DNA of 24,000 nucleotides, from the NCBI GenBank assembly GCA_018238545.1, contig JABCTC010000021.1:9385-33384 (forward strand), in the 5' to 3' direction. Below are positions 23,557 through 24,000 of the stretch, piece by piece. Each line of letters opens with the position of its first letter. The first letter of the stretch is position 1. The translations under genes were made by a program, and so were the position numbers. Source of the DNA: Candidatus Heimdallarchaeota archaeon. Its GTDB lineage: Archaea; Asgardarchaeota; Heimdallarchaeia; Heimdallarchaeales; Heimdallarchaeaceae. The notes under the pieces are model-generated. The model was not told the DNA's origin, did not search any database, and saw only the letters and a list, made by a program, of their open reading frames with translations.

Positions 23557-23757
23557 TTATGCAATTCCGCTAATTGCGCTTATAAGCGCATTAAATAGTA
23601 AGCTAAGAACGTATCCAATTGCTCCAATTACCAATACACCTAATGCACTCATTTTGGTTGTAATAGATAATTCTCGCCTAGTTGGAAGTTTGGCGTGACG
23701 TAATAATCGTCTACTACTAGAAATGAAATCTCTGGTTTTTAGTATTGCTTTACTCAT
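23557..23757 (-). CDS. secE: Protein translocase subunit SecE / Sec61-gamma
   Basis: 66 aa with a basic amphipathic N-terminus ('FISSSRRLLRHAKLPTRREL') followed by a single TM helix ('ALGVLVIGAIGYVLSLLFNALI'). It shows the conserved adjacency to spt5. Confidence 0.85.
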   Translation of the reverse strand: MSKAILKTRDFISSSRRLLRHAKLPTRRELSITTKMSALGVLVIGAIGYVLSLLFNALISAISGIA

Positions 23758-23821
23758 TGATTCTTCCTCACAAACGTAATATGCTTGTTGATTTTTTAAT
23801 TGTTCTGTTGATGAACCCTAT

Positions 23822-24000
23822 TTATATTTCAGATGCTTTTAGTAAATCGTCATACTTTCCTGCATCAATTTCCTTTTGAACATCACGAGAATCTTTACCT
23901 TCGCAAGTTACACCCATACAAACCATTGTACCAAGAATTTCTTTGCATGCTGCACGCAAGGTAGTAGCAGATAAATCATTCCATTTAGCTTTTGCAGCAT
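23822..24000 (-). CDS. rpl11: Ribosomal protein L11 (uL11), C-terminal 58 codons; 5' part lies beyond the window
   Basis: My own translation of the minus strand gives 'AAKAKWNDLSATTLRAACKEILGTMVCMGVTCEGKDSRDVQKEIDAGKYDDLLKASEI*'. This matches the archaeal uL11 C-terminal pattern as I recall it ('...GTxxSMGVTVEGKDPREVQxEIDEGxYD...'). It is absent from the ORF track because it runs off the edge. Confidence 0.75.
   Translation of the reverse strand, partial: AAKAKWNDLSATTLRAACKEILGTMVCMGVTCEGKDSRDVQKEIDAGKYDDLLKASEI

Overview
AT-rich archaeal chromosomal window. The archaeal call rests on Spt5-SecE-L11 genes, a DTD2-type D-aminoacyl-tRNA deacylase, tRNAs with introns, TATA-like or leaderless promoter geometry and sequon-rich surface proteins. 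An Asgard/Lokiarchaeia-like origin is only my impression and is not verified. I support 23 protein-coding genes, two of them truncated at the window edges, plus 3 tRNAs and one unannotated box C/D sRNA candidate. tRNA-Leu(UAG) has no intron, tRNA-Glu(UUC) has a canonical 37/38 intron, and tRNA-Pro(UGG) has a non-canonical T-loop intron. The clearest functional module is a translationally coupled NuoE-like / NuoF(HydB)-like / FdhA operon at 3565-8585, a soluble Cys-type formate dehydrogenase with HydABC/Bfu-like architecture. A MobA-like gene lies convergent to it. The least explained region is 9.7-14.1 kb on the minus strand. It holds a small protein with a FLCN/NPRL2/DENN-style longin signature, a 767-aa polytopic membrane protein with a heavily sequon-decorated ectodomain, and a hyper-acidic protein containing seven near-identical 24-bp tandem repeats. 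Other notable items are an intact bacterial-type PlsY acyltransferase, a membrane-anchored metzincin with an HExxHxxGxxD site, an orphan DNA methyltransferase with an SPLY motif, a short beta-CASP nuclease, and L11 encoded upstream of secE-spt5. All protein calls come from motif recognition by eye, without database searches. No CRISPR array, transposase or integrase was seen.
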